Below are positions 44,601 through 49,000 of a stretch of 49,000 nucleotides of DNA, in pieces (within the stretch, counting starts at the first letter, position 1; every line of letters starts with the position of its first letter). The translations under genes and the position numbers were made by a program. Origin of the DNA: Tubulanus polymorphus (Eukaryota; Animalia; Nemertea); the NCBI RefSeq assembly GCF_964204645.1, contig NW_027437483.1, positions 1-49,000 of the forward strand. The letters run 5' to 3'. The notes under the pieces were generated by a model. That model saw only the letters and a program-made list of their open reading frames with translations. It searched no databases and had not been told where the DNA came from.

Positions 44601-45582
44601 TTATAGTTATAAATTGATGATGATTTATTATTTGTAGCAAATGGCAAAAATTGCAAAGTTGGAATATGAGGAACAAACGAAGAAAGATAAAATATTACAC
44701 GATAAAATCAGTGAGGACCGACAAATAGCGAAATATAATAAACACTATAATCAGTGTCGACAAGTGTTGAATCAGATTGTTGATTTAACGTGTAAAACTG
44801 TCGAATATAGACAACTTACTGACAAGTAAGTTTTGATCCCCCTTCTATACTCCCCTTTTACCCCTCTATACTCTCCCTCTACTCCCCTCTCCCTTCTTAC
44901 TCCCCCTCTATACTCTCCCTCTATACTGCCTCCCGCTGGTATAGGAATGTGTGTTATTATATGATTCAGTTTGATACCTGAGAAACTGTGGCGCGATTGG
45001 ACGACGTTATTTCTAGAAGGGAAATCACTTTATGAAAACGAAGCCGAAATCAAAGGATTGGAAGATTTTACTCCGCAGGAAATTTTAGAGGAAGAAAGAC
45101 AACAATTACTGGATGAAACTGATTTCAAAGAATACAAGGTTTGTATCCCCTCATTGAGTGAGTACCCCCTCACTCCTCGCTGAGTACCCCTCATTCCTCA
45201 ATGAGTACCCCTCATTCCTCAATGAGTACCCCTCATTCCTCAATTAATTGTATATTTATACAGGAAATGGTCGGTGAGTGGAGTGCACCAGAATCTAGTG
45301 AAATTTCGGGACCTCCTCGCGATAATCCTATTGTAGGTTATGTGGTCAAACGGTTATACGAGATGGTTCATCCAGCATCGGTATGTATCACTCACTCGCT
45401 GTCTATCTGTCTACATGCTGTCTATTTGTCTACATGCTGTCTATATATTTAACAGCCTCCAGCTGCTGCTCCACAGTTCCCGGAGTTTCCAATTAAAGCG
45501 TGTATTCTCGGTAAAGCATTCAGTGGTAAAACTTCATGTATTCGAGCATTAATGAACAGTAAGTACCTCACAGCTGTGTGTG

Positions 45583-45621
<39 letters not shown>

Positions 45622-48278
45622 TGTGACCTCTCTCTCTCTGTGACCTCCCTCCCTCTGTGACCTCTCTCTCTCTGTGACCTCCCTCCCTCTGTGACCTCCC
45701 TCCCTCTGTAACCTCCCTCCCTCTGTGACCTCCCTCCCTCTGTGACCTCCCTCCCTCTGTGACCTCCCTCCCTCTGTGACCTCCCTCCCTCTGTGACCTC
45801 CCTCCCTCTGTGACCTCCCTCCCTCTGTGACCTCTCTCTCTCTGTGACCTCCCTCCCTCTGTGACCTCCCTCCCTCTGTGACCTCCCTCCCTCTGTAACC
45901 TCCCTCCCTCTGTGACCTCCCTCCCTCTGTGACCTCCCTCCCTCTGTGACCTCCCTCCCTCTGTGACCTCCCTCCCTCTGTGACCTCCCTCCCTCTGTGA
46001 CCTCCCTCCCTCTGTGACCTCCCTCCCTCTGTAACCTCCCTCCCTCTGTGACCTCCCTCCCTCTGTGACCTCCCTCCCTCTGTGACCTCCCTCCCTCTGT
46101 AACCTCCCTCCCTCTGTAACCTCCCTCCCTCTGTGACCTCCCTCCCTCTGTGACCTCCCTCCCTCTGTGATGCCTCTTTTACCTCTCTATCTGTTTTAAA
46201 TAGTTTGTTTATCATTTGAATTTTTCAGATAAACGAGTCCAATTGTTGAATGCGGATGATTTAGTTGTCATGGCGATAAATGCGCACAGAAATGATGAGG
46301 TTGAGGAAATACCAGTTCCGGTAAGTGTCTTCTCTCCTCCTCACCTCTCTCCTCCTCACCTCTCTCCTCCTCACCTCTGACTTTACTGCTAGTATCTACA
46401 TAGAATGAGGTCTTTATTGATAGGAATTTGAAGAAGAGAATTTGCCAGTTACTGCCGGATCAACTACTCCTGGAGCAACTACTACTCCAGCTCCAACTTC
46501 TCCAGGAGCTAATACTCCAGCTCCAGGTAAATCCATTTATAGTACCTGAATAACATGCTCCAAATAACCGTTACTAAACTGAAATTGGTAAACTACTCCA
46601 GGTGTAAATGCTCCAACTGCTGCAGTAGAACTAACAGATGCTCCAGTGGAGGATGTCGCTGCTGCTGCTCCAACAGATAGCAACAAAATAACAGAAGAAC
46701 AATCAGAGATTGGAGCAGAAAAATCTGATCCGGAGAAACCAGTTGTAGAGGACGAAAGTCAATCAGAGTTGAGTTCATCATATTTGAGCAAATCTGAATC
46801 ACCAGTTAAAACTCAGGTAAACTCCTCGTGTTAACTCATTAAAACTCAGGTAAACTCCTGCTCATTGAGACTGTGAGTTTAAACTCGTTAATTGATTTTT
46901 GTAGCCAACAGAACGAGCGAAATTGGGTTTAAAAGCATCAAAATGTTTGAAGAAAGGGAAACCAGTAGATGATGAGATTGTAGTTGATATACTGGTTGAA
47001 GCTATCAGGTCTGTCAGTCTTCTACTAATTATCTAAATTACTTCATTAATTAATAATTAATTGATAACTGATATTTGTATGATTAGGAGAATACCAGAAG
47101 GTACAGGATGGATATTAGACGGTTATCCTACAACTTACTCTCAAGCTAAACTCGTTGAGAAAGCTTTGAGTGGATTTGATACAGGTGTATCTAATGAGAT
47201 ATTGACCGGAGCTGGAGTTGGAGGGCGGAGAGTTAGTCGCATCGGTAAAAAATCAATCATCGCACCAGATCCACGACCAGCGCCACCTATACCCGACCCT
47301 GTTAGTGGATTGAATGTTGTTATATTGTTGAACGTTGAAGATGAAATCTGTTTAAAAAGATCGGCAGGAAGAATGTGTGAGTAGTACCTCGTTTGAACAC
47401 CAGGGGGAGTAGACTGTTGTGCGGTACATTGTATGAACACTAGGGGGAGTAGTGTAAAGGTTTGTTTTCACTTACAGATGCGACTCAATCAGAAGAAGTT
47501 TATCAACAAGAATTCAAACCGCCACCAGAGGGCAGCATGACAGGAATCAATAAACAAGAGAAAGTAAAACCAGTTTCGGACGAGGCTCATGATCAGGAGC
47601 AATTACAACATCGGTACGTACCACTAGGGGGCGCTGCGTCGCAGTATCGTACCACCAGGGGGCACTTTATGATATGTATGTATATTTTATAGAATGACTT
47701 CGTTCGCTGATAATTGGCCGAAATTAGAAAAATGGTTTAATAAATTTGGTACATTGAGAATCGTAGAGGGAACATTGAATGAGGAAGCAGTTTATTTAGA
47801 GACAGAGAAAATACTAGAGGATACACTAGCTCAGGTAATACCTCTCTTATACCTCTCTCTCACCTCTCTTATACCTCTTTATCAACCTCTATCTCTGTTA
47901 CAGTTGGAAGGAGGTAAAACTGAAGAAGAATCAAATCCAGTTGAACAATCGGAAATAACAATAGAGGAACAGAAACCGGTGGAGACAGTGGAAAAACCGG
48001 TAAATATCTCACCGTTTTACCCTCCCCTCATCCTCGTTTCAGCTCCCCTCACCGTGTTACCCTCGTCCCGACTGTGCTCCCCTCACCGTGTTACCCTCAT
48101 CCGGACTGTGCTCCCCTCACCAAATGTTCCCCTCACCATGCTCCCCTCTCATGTGTTAGTGTTTTACAGGTAGAGATTGCTGAGGTGCCGTCTGCTGCAG
48201 CTGCTGATCAACCTCAAACATCAAGACCTGCATCGAAAAAATCTAGAACAGGTAAAATACATGTATAACACTGAAACA

Positions 48279-48371
<93 letters not shown>

Positions 48372-48980
48372 GCTGGTAAATATAGTATATATTTATTTGT
48401 AGGCTCTCGAAGTGGTTCCGCTAAAGGTTCACCGTCACGTAATAAATCTCCTAATAAATCTAAAAGTAGAGAGAGCAGTGGTAAACGTAGTGGTGGATCG
48501 GGGAAAGAGAAATCATCTCCTAAAGGTTCAGCAAAAAGAGGAAGATCGGGTAAAAAGAGTAAAACACCAGAACCGATAGAACCGATAGAACCATTAGAAC
48601 CATTAGAACCAGCTGGACCTCCTCCTCCTCAACCCGGATCACAACAATGGACATTCGTAGATTTACCTATTGAACCGGTATGTATACTATCATCATTTCT
48701 AGGGTCTGACTGCTACAATATAATGAATATTTTTAGGATCTCACTAATATGATGAATATTTCTAGGATCTGACTGTAATAATGAATATTTCTAGGATCTC
48801 ACTAATATGATGAATATTTCTAGGATCTCACTAATATGATGAATATTTCTAGGAACTGGCTAGTGTGCTCGCTACTAACTGGGATGCTATTGAAACGACG
48901 TATCTAAGTAACAGTAAAGTTGTGTTCAGAAATGTGAGAGAAGAAAGAGAAAATGTGATCAGATATTTCTATCAAATCAA
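41615..48980 (+). CDS. SPEF2: Sperm flagellar protein 2 (KPL2), 5' part, multi-exon, continues past the window
   Basis: MSDILCDWLNNEL..SFAKDFSNGYLIGEVL..KLNNFTRIEPTLNLL (CH domain), AREEREKRRRK, RLMRQSQQERRIAVQL, P-loop GKAFSGKT, GWILDGYP.TYSQAK, with GT-AG introns. Confidence 0.93.
45577..46170. repeat. Intronic 17-bp minisatellite (ctgtgacctccctccct)n
   Basis: Read directly. Confidence 0.93.
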
Positions 48981-49000
48981 GTAAGTCTCTCTGAATGGAG

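Noticed and set aside
48280-48375. Poly-Ala tract in SPEF2
   Set aside because: (GCT)n lies in an intron between the donor at ~48252 and the acceptor at ~48402.

Overview
Eukaryotic (animal, probably a marine invertebrate with TTAGGG telomeres; species not determinable from sequence) window that looks like a chromosome end, with the telomere to the left. 1-15.4 kb is a stack of retroelements joined by telomeric repeats. First come 15 near-identical copies of a 353-bp unit with a tRNA-like Pol III head. Next are (CCCTAA)5-6 and two head-to-tail copies of a ~6.34-kb Penelope-like element (PLE, Neptune-type RT + Cys linker + C-terminal GIY-YIG, upstream SGNH-esterase ORF1). These are followed by (CCCTAA/CCCCCTAA)n and a 53-bp subtelomeric satellite. 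The PLE carries a TATA box, a minimal hammerhead ribozyme, and a UUUAAAC slippery site plus hairpin predicted to fuse ORF1 to RT-EN by -1 frameshift. The 353-bp unit shares two 3' blocks with the PLE, including a CCUAACC telomere-complementary motif at which both elements are joined to telomeric repeats. Together these suggest an autonomous/non-autonomous telomere-targeting retroelement system. The remainder is compact gene-dense DNA with minisatellite-filled introns: a gamma-glutamyltranspeptidase (-), a probably domesticated piggyBac-derived gene (-), HAUS8-like (+), UBOX5-like (-) and the 5' part of SPEF2 (+).
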